The notes: generated from the letters alone by a model not told the origin. Counted from the first letter of the stretch, positions 13,550 through 25,574 are shown. The stretch is 64,000 nt of DNA from Octopus sinensis (GCF_006345805.1 NC_043006.1:82646001-82710000); one strand, 5' to 3'. A program made the numbers and translations.

Positions 13550-13552
<3 letters not shown>
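11666..13552 (+). mobile_element. 5'-truncated RTE (BovB-like) LINE: RT plus three C-terminal C2H2 zinc fingers
   Basis: NYRGVSLLS, ESQSGFR, FVDLTKAFD, GVKQ, LLYADD, LRWSGHLVRM; CNVC..H..H, CQAC..H..H, CQFC..H...H; frameshifts and stops present. Confidence 0.93.
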
Positions 13553-13584
<32 letters not shown>

Positions 13585-13594
<10 letters not shown>

Positions 13595-14426
13595 TTAGAG
13601 ACAAAACCACTATTTAAAAAAAAACGTTCGATCAACATGTGCAAAGAATTATTTATTTTGCTTTTGAGTGTTTATGTATGTGTGAATGGGTGTGTGTGTG
13701 TGTGTGTGGGATTATTTGCGTAATTTATTTATCTGTATAGTTGTGGGTGTGAATGTATTGGTGTATATATCGAGTTCTGTATGTTTGTATATGTATGTGT
13801 GAGCGGGTATACGTATATTGTTTATGAATGTGGGTTGTATGTGTGTGTGAGAGAGTATGAATAAGTATTGTGTTGAAGTATTTGGCTATTTTATTTATTT
13901 ATCGTTGCCTAGACGTTTTTATGTGTATGTATAGGGATATATATATATAGGTGTGTGATTTAGTGTATGTATTTAGATATGGTTATATATAATTAGTTAT
14001 ATGTGTATGGGTGTATATATAGTTTATTTTTATTTTGTTTTATATTTAATTGTTGATAGGTTTATTTTAGTTTATATATTGTTTATATATTGATTATATA
14101 TGGATTATATATAGGTTATATATAGATTATATATTTATATACTTTAATTATTTTAAAATTATTATTTTTTATATTTTAAAATATTGATATTTTAGATTGG
14201 AAGTCCACCTGAAGATTGTCGATCAGGACAAGAAACAATTGTAGTGGCGGTTTTTTTAACTTTTTATTAAAATTTTATGTATTGATTAAGTCTTTCCTTG
14301 TTTGTTTTGCAAAATAATGGTTTTGTCTCTAATTAATATTATATAATATTTTACTATAAAATTGGATTTAATCCTAAATCTGATTTTTTCCCTGTAAATT
14401 TGGATTTATTCCCTAATATTTATTAT

Positions 14427-14428
<2 letters not shown>
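13585..14428 (+). mobile_element. Non-coding PLE-type element with a short inverted end and an HHR-bearing pseudo-LTR
   Basis: taattagagacaaaaccactattt at the left is inverted relative to 14312-14338; 14195-14428 matches 16950-17180. Confidence 0.7.
14205..14247 (+). ncRNA. Minimal type I hammerhead ribozyme
   Basis: ccac-CUGAAGA-ttgtc gatcag gacaa-GAAA-caattg-UA-gtgg; stem I 4 bp, stem II 5 bp, palindromic CAAUUG stem III, GUA triplet. Confidence 0.85.
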
Positions 14429-14458
<30 letters not shown>

Positions 14459-14460
14459 TA

Positions 14461-15592
14461 CTAGCAGAGACACCCGATGTTGCTCAGGATTAAAATGTTA
14501 TAGTTTGTATATAATATATTACAGTTATACTGAAACAAGTGATATGGGAATGTGCAGCATTGACAACAAAACATTTGTGCAGTAAATGATGGGCTAATTC
14601 GTCTAAGCCACATCCTATGCGTGTGTTTGGAGTATTTCAGGCCCTAATCTGTGGGGATTATGAGATTTTTGAACGCACCGAGAAGATGCCAGTGGATATA
14701 TTCTCTTTTGCAGCAGTCGGCACTGTGTCTAACACGACCTATCATCTGAAATATTGACACCTCCTTCGGGTTTGTTGTCCTACATCACTCATAAATTAAA
14801 TTTGGAGGAACTGTGGTTGTTCATTTGTGGGTAACAGGGAACCAATGAGGTGATAGATCTGCCCTTGATCTCTGAAGTCGTCATAAATTCAAGTTTTTTA
14901 ACTATCTTCTTAGATGCACCAAACGATGTCATTTGCAGAGTTGTATTGTCTGATATTGTTTAGATGGATATTGACTGGATAGAAATGCCTTCTATAAGAT
15001 CCACAAGAGGTTGAGAAGGAGCTGGTAGTGCTGGCAATGTTACCTGACCGCCTGAGCAGCACATATTTGTTTCATTTGAAAATTTTAAAGCTCTGCAGAT
15101 TAGACATTTTGTGTTTAGCACACCAATTTGGACAGAGTTATTATTTTTATAAGAATGGGATAGATCATATCTGAAAACAGCTTCAGGAGCCGTGAAGAAC
15201 GAATTGATACGTAGTCTGTTTCTGAGAGCTATTCTATTGGGCCTCCGTCTAATCATTAAAACATTGATTTATTGATCCAGCATTAAGTGCTGCAACATGC
15301 TTTTGCTGATCTTGACAAAATCTCATCTAGCTTTTCTCTACAGACTCTCGCCTTCGGTTTTCTACAATCCTCCTTGCTTTATACTTGTTTCTGGAGAGAT
15401 TACGTCTTTTCTTTGGTGACATATTTTTCCCAATATTGTAAACAAAAACAAATATCAACATAGAAAGAAATTATACATTAATCCCTATTTTTGTAAGCAG
15501 TTGTATCCGTAAAAATTTTATTTCAAGAGAGCAGAAATTGAAAGATAAACCGAGAAAGAAAGTGAAAGATGTATGTGCGTCTATATGAAATG

Positions 15593-15627
<35 letters not shown>

Positions 15628-15895
15628 TGTGTACATATATTGATTCATCCCAAAAATAATGCAGTTTTTTCAATTGGTATAGGCTGGCTGTCTGAGCAAC
15701 TGATTGTTTTAATGGCGGAACAAACAGGATTACAAAAATAGCGATTCTTACTTTGAAAATAACGATTTTGAAAATCGTTTTAGATTACGGAACGCCCATC
15801 TCTCTCATGTATCGTTGTTTAAAATTTCAGCGCGATTGGATGAACAATACTCGAGTTATAAACGCTCAAACAGACAGACAGACGGAACGGATTAT
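14461..15895 (-). mobile_element. Non-autonomous Helitron carrying a RepHel N-terminal fragment
   Basis: 3' hairpin plus CTAG at 14461; ORF 14960-15256 FRYD...VQIGVLNTKCLICRALKFSNETNMCCSGGQVTLP, followed by QMTSFGA, typical of Helitron RepHel. Confidence 0.82.
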
Positions 15896-16299
15896 ATATA
15901 TATATATATATATATAAATCAATAAATGGTGGTGTTGTGTTGATCGTACGTCGAGAAATGATAGGCAAGGAAGAATTATAAAAAGGCAGAATGCTAAATT
16001 GAAGGTACATTTTAATGAAAATGGGTGTATGGAAAATTTTGAAAAATTAACAAGATATATATATTAATTCAAACCGAATAATTGTCGCATAATATATTTA
16101 CAGATAAATTCCTCTATTTACATAATATTGAGGTCTCTTTTATTCCTTTGTTGTCTTACCATCACCATCAATATATATTATATATATATATATATATATA
16201 ATATATATATATTAATTAGAGACAAAACCACTATTTTGCAAAACAAACAAGGAAAGACTTAATCAATACATAAAATTTTAATAAAAAGTAAAAAAACCG

Positions 16300-16342
16300 C
16301 CACTACAATTGTTTCATGTCTTGAACGACAATCTTCAGGTGG
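16300..16342 (-). ncRNA. Minimal type I hammerhead ribozyme (inverted copy)
   Basis: Reverse complement of 16960-17002. Confidence 0.8.
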
Positions 16343-16959
16343 ATTTCCGATTGGGTTCAATTAATTCGAAAGTGGTGCTCCAGCATGGCTGCAGTCAAAT
16401 GACTGGTGGGGTTTCAAAGGTTTTATCTATGGTAAGTTATTCTCACACAATGAAACCCTTGATTCCGATGAGTCCGGCCACCAACTGGAAAAACTGTGTG
16501 GTCTCATATGTATCGTTCAGGTTTTGTCCCATCGAACCAAGCGTGTGTACATTATTGTACATGCGTCTGCAAAGTGATTTTTCTCTTTTATCGCTGGTTA
16601 GCTTGCAATCGCTGCGGTAATTATTAACTGGTAATTGAACGGTAAATGTGTATTTTTATACACTTTTCGCACCTCGTTGTTTTTGGTCGAGTTTCACCTC
16701 CAGCTGATGATATACCATCTTGCTTTCATGGTTGGCTTCGTGTTTTTTTGAAAAAAAACGCTTGGTTCGATGGGACAAAACCTGAACGATACATATGAGA
16801 CCACACAGTTTTTCCAGTTGGTGGCCGGACTCATCGGAATCAAGGGTTTCATTGTGTGAGAATAACTTACCATAGATAAAACCTTTGAAACCCCACCAGT
16901 CATTTGACTGCAGCCATGCTGGAGCACCACTTTCGAATTAATTGAACCCAATCGGAAAT

Positions 16960-17002
16960 CCACCTGAAGATTGTCGTTCAAGACATGAAACAATTGTAGT
17001 GG
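16960..17002 (+). ncRNA. Minimal type I hammerhead ribozyme
   Basis: ccac-CUGAAGA-ttgtc gttcaa gacat-GAAA-caattg-UA-gtgg. Confidence 0.82.
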
Positions 17003-17173
17003 CGGTTTTTTTACTTTTTATTAAAATTTTATGTATTGATTAAGTTTTTCCTTGTTTGTTTTGCAAAATAGTGGTTTTGTCTCTAATTAATATTATATAA
17101 TATTTTACTATAAAATTGGATTAATCCTAAATCTGATTTTTTCCCTGTAAATTTGGATGTATTCCCTAATATT

Positions 17174-17237
<64 letters not shown>

Positions 17238-17239
17238 AT

Positions 17240-17282
<43 letters not shown>

Positions 17283-17286
<4 letters not shown>

Positions 17287-17637
17287 ACAAAGGGTAAAAT
17301 TAATTAATTAAGAAGTAATCAATAATTTCACCAAGTAGAATTCGGCATGAAAAAGGACCATTTCACGGTAAACTTAAGTAATACTTTATAATTAGGGTTC
17401 AGCAAAGATTTGCTTCACCACATACCGAAGTTTAGAAATAGCAGTAAAAAAATCTTAGCTATTTCTTCTACTTAAAAACTTAGCTATTTCTTCTACTTTA
17501 AAAATTGGCAAAATGAACCAAAAGTAGAAGAAATAGCTAAATGAACTAAAGTAGAAGAAATAGCTAAGATCTTTTGGCTGCTATTCTAAACTTCAGTATG
17601 TGGTAGAGCAAATCTTTGCTGAACCCTAATTATAAAG

Positions 17638-17638
<1 letters not shown>
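17283..17638. repeat. Dispersed repeat with an internal inverted repeat of about 90 bp; relative at 38423-38620
   Basis: ttataattagggttcagcaaagatttgc... is inverted at ...gcaaatctttgctgaaccctaattataa. Confidence 0.75.
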
Positions 17639-17675
<37 letters not shown>

Positions 17676-17689
17676 ATATATATATACAT

Positions 17690-18912
17690 GAAATTCGTCA
17701 CAATACATTTCTACAATGCGGAAAATTTATTCATCAAAGTAAGTACCATTACAATTAATACATTTTTGCTAACGAGTTACAAGTTTGTTTATCCAGAGCT
17801 GATGAATTCCTTGAACGCACTTTCGGCATCGGTTTCATTTTTTAACTTCTCTCGCAGGAAACCATCAAGGTGCTTGAAAAAAGTGGTAGTCAGTAGGAGA
17901 AATGTCTGGTGAATAAGCTGGGTGGGAAAATATTCGTAGCCAAGTACCATCAACTTCTGGAGCATCATTAGTAAAATGTGTGGTCGAGCATTGTTGGAAT
18001 GATTGACCCTCTTCTGCTGACCAGTCTGGGACGGAGGAGTAGCAGATTTTAGTTAATTTTGCCAATTCATGGCAATATGTTTCTACAATAATGGTTTTTC
18101 CGGGTTTTAAGAAGTTATAGTGGATGAGTCCAGCAGTACACCACCAAACAGTCATCATAACCTTCTTTTCGGAGAACTCGGGTTTAGGGAAGGTTTTTGG
18201 TGCTTCATTTTGGCCCAACCATTGCGAAGAACGTTTTTTTTATTATTATAAGGAATCCACTTTTCATCGCAAGTTACAATACGGTCGAGAAATGGATTGG
18301 TCTGGTAACGGAGAAGAAGCGACAAGCAAATTCCATATCTGCGCCTTTTCTAATTTTCTTTCAAATCGTGTGCTACCCATTTGTCGAGCTTTTTTGATTT
18401 TCTGATCGCATGCAAATGGTTGCAGGAAGTTTTCTGGCTAACTTGAAGTACTTTTTCCAGTTCTCGAGTGGTTTTGCATGAATTTTTCTCAATGACGGTC
18501 TTTAATTGACCGTCATTGATGACTAATGGGCGTCCACTACGTTCACGATCTTCAAGGTTCAGGTCTCCATTGTAAAATCGTTTAAACCATTTTCGAGCTA
18601 ACCACTCACTTATCATTTCCTCACCAAACGCTTCGTTGTTATCGCGAGCAGTTTCAGCGGCTTTACGTTCTTTTTTGAAGTTGAATAGCAAAATTGCTCG
18701 AATATTGCGGTTCCACTTCAGAAGATTATAACATGAATATGTTGGTTCCATTTCAGAAGATTTTAACAACGGTGAAAAACAATATCAGTGTCAAATTATT
18801 GATGCATTTGAGTAAGTCTGTGTCCGTATTATCAGACAATTGCAAAACTCTGCAAAAATCCGGTACAAATTCTTTATGGTTCACAACGTTGCTTACTTTT
18901 TACTCAACCTGA
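17690..18912 (-). mobile_element. Decayed mariner (Tc1/mariner) DNA transposon
   Basis: HTH region ending WVAHDL (WVPHEL-like), KKVMMTVWW, HPAYSPDISPTDYHFF; 5' TIR-like tcaggttgagtaaaaagtaagcaacg next to TA at 18913. Confidence 0.92.
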
Positions 18913-19149
18913 TAGATAGATATATACGTGCGTGAGTGTTTATATATGTGTATGTATATACATATGTATATACGCATGAAGTACATCTAGTTATATAATT
19001 TTCATATTTTATATTTAGTCTGTTTTCTTGAAGATGTGATTCTCTTCATGTGAAGTAACAACTAGAAAGATCTCAAATCCTGAACCCTGAAAATACGCGA
19101 AACATTCTGTTATTTATCTCTATCTTCAATATTTTGTTTTCTTATTTAG

Positions 19150-19214
19150 ATTTTACCGTCCGAAGAAAATTTAGATGCAAAATCTGCATCAGATCTTGAA
19201 GAGATATACCACAG
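19150..19214 (+). CDS. Exon 2 of METTL24-like gene
   Basis: Pyrimidine-rich acceptor ...ttttcttatttAG, then ILPSEENLDAKSASDLEEIYH(R), then donor GTAATA (phase 2). Confidence 0.78.
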
Positions 19215-20276
19215 GTAATATTCTTTCATTCCTTTATCTTTTACACGTTCTTCGTTAAATATATTACAAGAAACCTTTCAATGGTAATCAGCTGGTTTTC
19301 ATGTGTTTTAAAACTAATGATATTGAGAACAACACGAACATCTTAAGACTCTTCTCTTATCTATTTGCTATTCCTGCAGTGCTTTAAATCATTGTTGGTT
19401 GTTCTGATTTCTAAGACTACCTTTGGTTCTTCTGCTTTTGAAGACTCTATGATTTCCAAAATTTAAACTTGCATAAATTTTTCTGATTTTGAAGTTTTCA
19501 TATATTCTATATTTCTTTATTTTTCTTAATTTTAAGGGCTTCGTAAATTTTCCTACTTTTAACACATGCATTTACTGCTCTTGTAAATTTTCGTCTCTTT
19601 GCTTGTACCTTCTCTATCACTACTATTACTCATTAATACATTATCATTGTATCCATGGCATTCCATTATATTTTGGGGGCATGCTGTCTTTAAATTTAAG
19701 ATTTGAAGTTTGGGATTTCTCCACTCGAAGGAAGTTTAGGAAATTGTGTGTAGAAGAATTTGTCTGCTTCATTGAGCAAGTCAAGTTATTATTCTGAAGC
19801 TCTTTTGTCAAAGGAAATGGAACATGGTAGATAAGTACGTGTGTTTCGCCACTATATTGAACCAAGCGAGTTTTGATTGTTAGGATCTGTGATTTTTTAC
19901 CCATTAGTTGCCCAGGACTTAACAACAGCATCAACAAGTATTTTTATGATCCAAGACTGGCTCCTCTATGTGACCGTTCAACTTGCAAGAAATAGCACCA
20001 AATTGTACCCCCAAAACACCTCACTGCCTTCAAAGGCAAAAGATGCACTGGATAATCTTGTCCGATATTTACTATTACTTAGGTTAGTCATGAATTCTGG
20101 GACTCATAAAGGCAGAGAGCTTAAACTGGTTTCAAAGGTTTGCAAATAAGTGAAAATACAACGGTGGTATACTGTCAATTTAACGTGACAGTAGGAAGCA
20201 TCGACGCCTCCTGATGGCTTCGACACATTTTTTCCTGTGTCCTTATATATTTACGAAGGGGAGACAAATACCCCCA

Positions 20277-20360
20277 GCAGCCAGGCCTGCATCTACAGAC
20301 ACGCATGTTTCAGGATCTTTCTCCATCATCGGTCTAGAGTAGCAGAAGCCCGCCAGCCGC
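20277..20360 (-). ncRNA. Type I hammerhead ribozyme, U4C variant, extended stem I
   Basis: Reverse complement of 23276-23359. Confidence 0.7.
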
Positions 20361-20689
20361 AGATGAAATCTTTATTACGATCATGCGATTTTACATAAAA
20401 TTGGACATTACAAGACAAACAATTACAGAGAATGTTATGAGAGTTCGAATGATACTTGAAAATTATAAAAATTTAATTATAATGTAACATGAACGAAAAC
20501 TTGGCTTACTTTTGCCTTTATAACGAGAACTTTAGTGCGTGTTATTTATTTATTTTTTTTTTTTAAGCAAAAAAAAATCATTAGACATTATAACATATGT
20601 AAAATGAAAAGGAATGGGAAGTGCCGGTTTCGAATTTTGAACCCGGCAGCCTATAAAGCCCAGCAACTAATTTTTCCTTTCTTCGATGA

Positions 20690-21493
20690 TTAAGCTGGGT
20701 TACTAACACCCACCTTTCTCATCACATCCTTCCAACGTTTCATATACTCTTTCTGTGGCAGGATCCTCTTCTCCAACCTCATCTTGCTCTTCAGATGATA
20801 TCTGAAGTATTTTAACAAACCGGGGTCATAGACAAAGGACCCTGTCACTAGACCTTCCATTCTGGTTCTCCACACACACTCTTTCAGTACTGCCACCGTA
20901 CAGTAAAAACAAGCCTTACCTTTCTTTGAGAGTCCAGTTGGCGGTATCATCTTTATCATAGATTCAGCCGACAGCTGTACTCGTCCCAGATGCGACAACA
21001 CGTGTTCAACGTAACTTATCAACCTTGACAGCTCCCGACATTGTACAAAAGTGTGTTGAATGGTTTCATCGTCCAACCCAGGTCTTGGACACGTCGGTGG
21101 CACTGACATTCCGTGCCTGGATAACTTATCGCGAACAGGTAATGCATTCCTATAGCACTGCCAGGTCAGGGATTTTTGGTAATTGTCCAAATACCCCGAC
21201 CTGAAAGTCTTCTTAAACAGGTTGGAGAGTTGGTTCTCATCGAACCCCAGAGCCCCTCCTAGGACGTTGTCATTTTTTGCCTCTACCAGCCCTCTATAGA
21301 ACATCGAGATGGTATTCCCGCTGCCGGCCTTGCCCACCTTGTGGATCAGCCAGAGTGCCTGTCGGCACTCCTTCTGCCATAAAGTCAGGTTACGTCTTTT
21401 AATGAAACCGGGTTTAAATCTCTCCATAGAGGCCTGTAGTTCACTCGCAGCCAGGCCTTTGCCTGCTGCTCCCGCATAAGTTTGGGCTTGCAT
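20690..21493 (-). CDS. Open 267-aa ORF fusing an ORF1-like N-terminus to an L1/Tx1 ORF2 C-terminal (zf-RVT-like) domain; no RT or endonuclease
   Basis: MQAQTYAGAAGK start; WQCYRNALPVRDKL...CPRP...ETIQHTFVQC...W..R; homologous to 40500-41290. Confidence 0.7.
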   Translation of the reverse strand: MQAQTYAGAAGKGLAASELQASMERFKPGFIKRRNLTLWQKECRQALWLIHKVGKAGSGNTISMFYRGLVEAKNDNVLGGALGFDENQLSNLFKKTFRSGYLDNYQKSLTWQCYRNALPVRDKLSRHGMSVPPTCPRPGLDDETIQHTFVQCRELSRLISYVEHVLSHLGRVQLSAESMIKMIPPTGLSKKGKACFYCTVAVLKECVWRTRMEGLVTGSFVYDPGLLKYFRYHLKSKMRLEKRILPQKEYMKRWKDVMRKVGVSNPA

Positions 21494-21784
21494 ACCCAAC
21501 AAAAACTCCAACAATTCACCGGGCCATAACAACTTCCAACAACAAAATCCAACTTCCAACCGCAATGCACAATAACCGTAATACAAAATAACCGACACAA
21601 ACACTGCCCGCCAGCCGCTGATGAATCTTTATTATAGGCACAATGGCCCGAATGAAGAGGGGACAAAAAGGATGGTATGACAATGAAATATTTATAATGA
21701 ATTAAATGGAATGGCTTACGAGCCCCCCAAAGCTCGCAGTTTCATTTACAATTACAATTGTGCTATCCGGGGCGTTCATCCGTA

Positions 21785-23092
21785 CTACAGTTGGAAGAAA
21801 TAGTTATCGAGAAGGAGAGTTTGAGGAAGTACTACGACAGCTTCAAGAAGGAAGGTGATTGTCTGAGGGTCACACCACCTGAAGACGAGGTGAAAGAAGC
21901 TGGGAAGAGAATTATAACGTACAGAACGTGGAGTGTGGTTTCGAAGAGAATAGAAGTAGCAGAGGTGGAAGAAATCGAGAAGTGTCTACAGGAAATTAAA
22001 GGAAAAACTACCTTCTACAATAGAGGTAGAAAATACGCGACAGTAGACGTTCGTTTTGAAAACGAAGACGAAGCGAAAAGAAACGCCACGACAGTATTGA
22101 AATCCGAAAAATGGGTGTTACTACCTAGCTATTGTGGAAAAAGAGCAGTGAGAATACGGATTAGTAAAATTTTACCGGAACTGGACACGGAAAGAATTGT
22201 AGCGGCAATAATATTCAACTGCAAAGAGAGCGTCGACATACTGAAGGTAGAAAAGTCGAAAGAAATAAATTGGTGGGGTTATGCGGTGCAGGCTTTGGTT
22301 CAAATAACCATGCCAGACCTGTATAACATCCCAGAGGAGTTGGTGTTCCCCGACGAGACACGTCTCAGAGTCGTGGTGGAGGGGAGACCCCCAGTGTGTT
22401 ACAAATGTAAAAGTAGAGGCCACATGAAGGATATGTATCCGCTAATAGAAGAACAAGAGAAAACGATAATACTGGAGGCTTTGACAGAGGAGTTACAAAA
22501 GGCGAATGTGGAATTGCAAGCGGAAGAGGAAATCGTGACTACAGATAATGTGGAAAGTGGTGACGAGTTGGTGAAGGAGAAAGAAAAGGAAAGAACAGAA
22601 GAAAAAGAGGATAGAAAGAGAACGCGGGTGGAATCACCACCCAAAGCACAAAAAAAGAAAAAAGCTAAAAAGAAGTCTACCGACGAGATAGAGGATCGAA
22701 CGCACGAAGAGAGAGATACAGAAACGAAAGTGAGTGAAGTTTCAATGTGGGAGGAAGAGAAAGAATGGGAAAGAAAAATGGAAGAACAACTGAAAATATG
22801 TAAGGAAGGATGAAGGCCAAAAGGAAGAAATCTCAAAGCTATAATGTTGTACAAAAAGGACAAAGAAATTGAGAAGAAATTAGCGAATATGAAAAATCTA
22901 ACTAGAGTAAAACTGAACCCGAAGATATTCGATGACCAAATAAAGGCGGCAATTGTAGAAAGAGAGACAGTAATGAAATTAATAAATGTGTATTCAAATA
23001 TAGCTGTAGGCGTAATGCAATACATTCGATATGACAGTTTGCCATGTGTTATAGAACAGGAGGATTACATTACGGATGAACGCCCCGGATAG
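21785..23092 (+). pseudogene. Tx1/L1-like ORF1 (RRM-like region, zinc knuckle, acidic/basic tail), 5'-truncated, one in-frame TGA at 22811
   Basis: RGRKYATVDVRF, RVVVEGRPPVCYKCKSRGHMKDMY (CCHC with last C changed to Y); ORFs 21758-22813 and 22844-23092 share a frame; followed directly by 3' UTR and AATAAA. Confidence 0.8.
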
Positions 23093-23275
23093 CACAATTG
23101 TAATTGTAAATGAAACTGCGAGCTTTGCGGGGCTTGTAAGCCATTCCATTTAATTCATTATAAATATTTCATTGTCATACCATCCTTTTTGTATTTTTGT
23201 TATATGTACCCCATGTCCTGTATTATTATGTCCCCTCTTCATTCGGGCCATTGTGCCTATAATAAAGATTCATCT

Positions 23276-23359
23276 GCGGCTGGCGGGCTTCTGCTACTCT
23301 AGACCGATGATGGAGAAAGATCCTGAAACATGCGTGTCTGTAGATGCAGGCCTGGCTGC
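23276..23359 (+). ncRNA. Type I hammerhead ribozyme, U4C variant, extended stem I
   Basis: tctaga-CCGAUGA-tgga gaaaga tcct-GAAA-catgcgtg-UC-tgtaga; stem I continues ctgc/gcag, gggc/gcct, gcggct/ggctgc; GUC triplet, predicted cut after 23338. Confidence 0.72.
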
Positions 23360-24288
23360 TGGGGGTATTTGTCTCCCCTTCGTAAATATATAAGGACACA
23401 GGAAAAAATGTGTCGAAACCATCAGGAGGCGTCGATGCTTCCTAGGGCTAAACAGCGGTGGTGTAATCCCCTGCTGTCACGTTAAATTGACAGTATACAA
23501 CCATTCTATCGCTCCACCACCGTACATATCTCTATGAGATATTTAGAAATTTAATATTTCTGAAAATACAACATTGTCTCTGAATGGGTTGTCAGTCTGC
23601 CATAGAGTTAACTTTCCAGATATTGTTGGAAATCATTTACAGCTGAGTGAACTGAAACAATGTCAAATAAAACGTTTTACTAAAGAACATAATGTACCAC
23701 CTGGTGTGGGTATCGAAGCCACAATCTTTAAATTGCGAATGCAACACTTTTGCCTTCACTGTAGTTCCCATATCCTATTTTGTCCCGATATAAAAGAAGT
23801 GCTACAGCAATTATTCTGCTCAATACTATAAATTTGCTTGTCAGTTGCTTGACCATAGCCAGTTGAGCATGTCCCTTAGTGGCTGACGATATGTGCATCT
23901 CTGATCGCGAGCAGAAGTAGTGGGGGAGCATCATAGTCATGTGTTGAGAGGAATTCTTTGGGGTTTGAATAATTCACCCCTGGAAACATGGGATTTTTTA
24001 CCATCATCCTTAAACAAACCTTATTCAGGGATCTTTTGAGTAGGATGGGCTACTCAACCTGAAGAAAATTCTAACTGGGTTCCACATGCAACGTTGTGCG
24101 CTATTTATCTTGACATGAGATCACTATGTCGTGCACATATGCTTGTAATGCATGTGCCTGGTGTACCCTTTTCAGACGGGTAGCCATGATGGGTATATTT
24201 GGCTTTGTATATTTGTATCTCTGTGTCACTTTGATGGCATGAAATGCTCTCTTACTCAATAATAATAATAATAATAATTATTATTATG

Positions 24289-25569
<1,281 letters not shown>

Positions 25570-25574
25570 TAATA

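Larger units (their letters stand above)
16209..17180 (+). mobile_element. PLE-type fold-back element: inverted repeats of about 335 bp (16209-16544 / 16758-17093) plus a 3' extension
   Basis: Identical spurious ORFs on both strands; each arm contains an HHR. Confidence 0.85.
20161..23523. mobile_element. Inverted composite: two Tx1/L1-like non-autonomous units head-to-head, each ending in the same HHR-containing tail
   Basis: 20161-20377 inverted with 23260-23523; 21606-21784 inverted with 23071-23288. Confidence 0.85.

Noticed and set aside
16309-16993. Apparent duplicated 100-aa gene on both strands (likewise 47646-47897 / 50466-50717)
   Set aside because: By-product of non-coding inverted repeats
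21618-21660. CTGATGA on the plus strand
   Set aside because: Arises from a single substitution in the TSD; no stem II or GAAA partner
22811-22813. In-frame TGA as selenocysteine or readthrough
   Set aside because: Context suggests TGG-to-TGA decay, the zinc knuckle is also mutated, and no SECIS was recognised
20161-23523. DIRS-like interpretation (inverted terminal repeats plus internal complementary region)
   Set aside because: No tyrosine recombinase, RT-RNase H or DIRS gag; the proteins are L1/Tx1-like and the internal repeat is explained by an inverted 3' duplication plus a TSD
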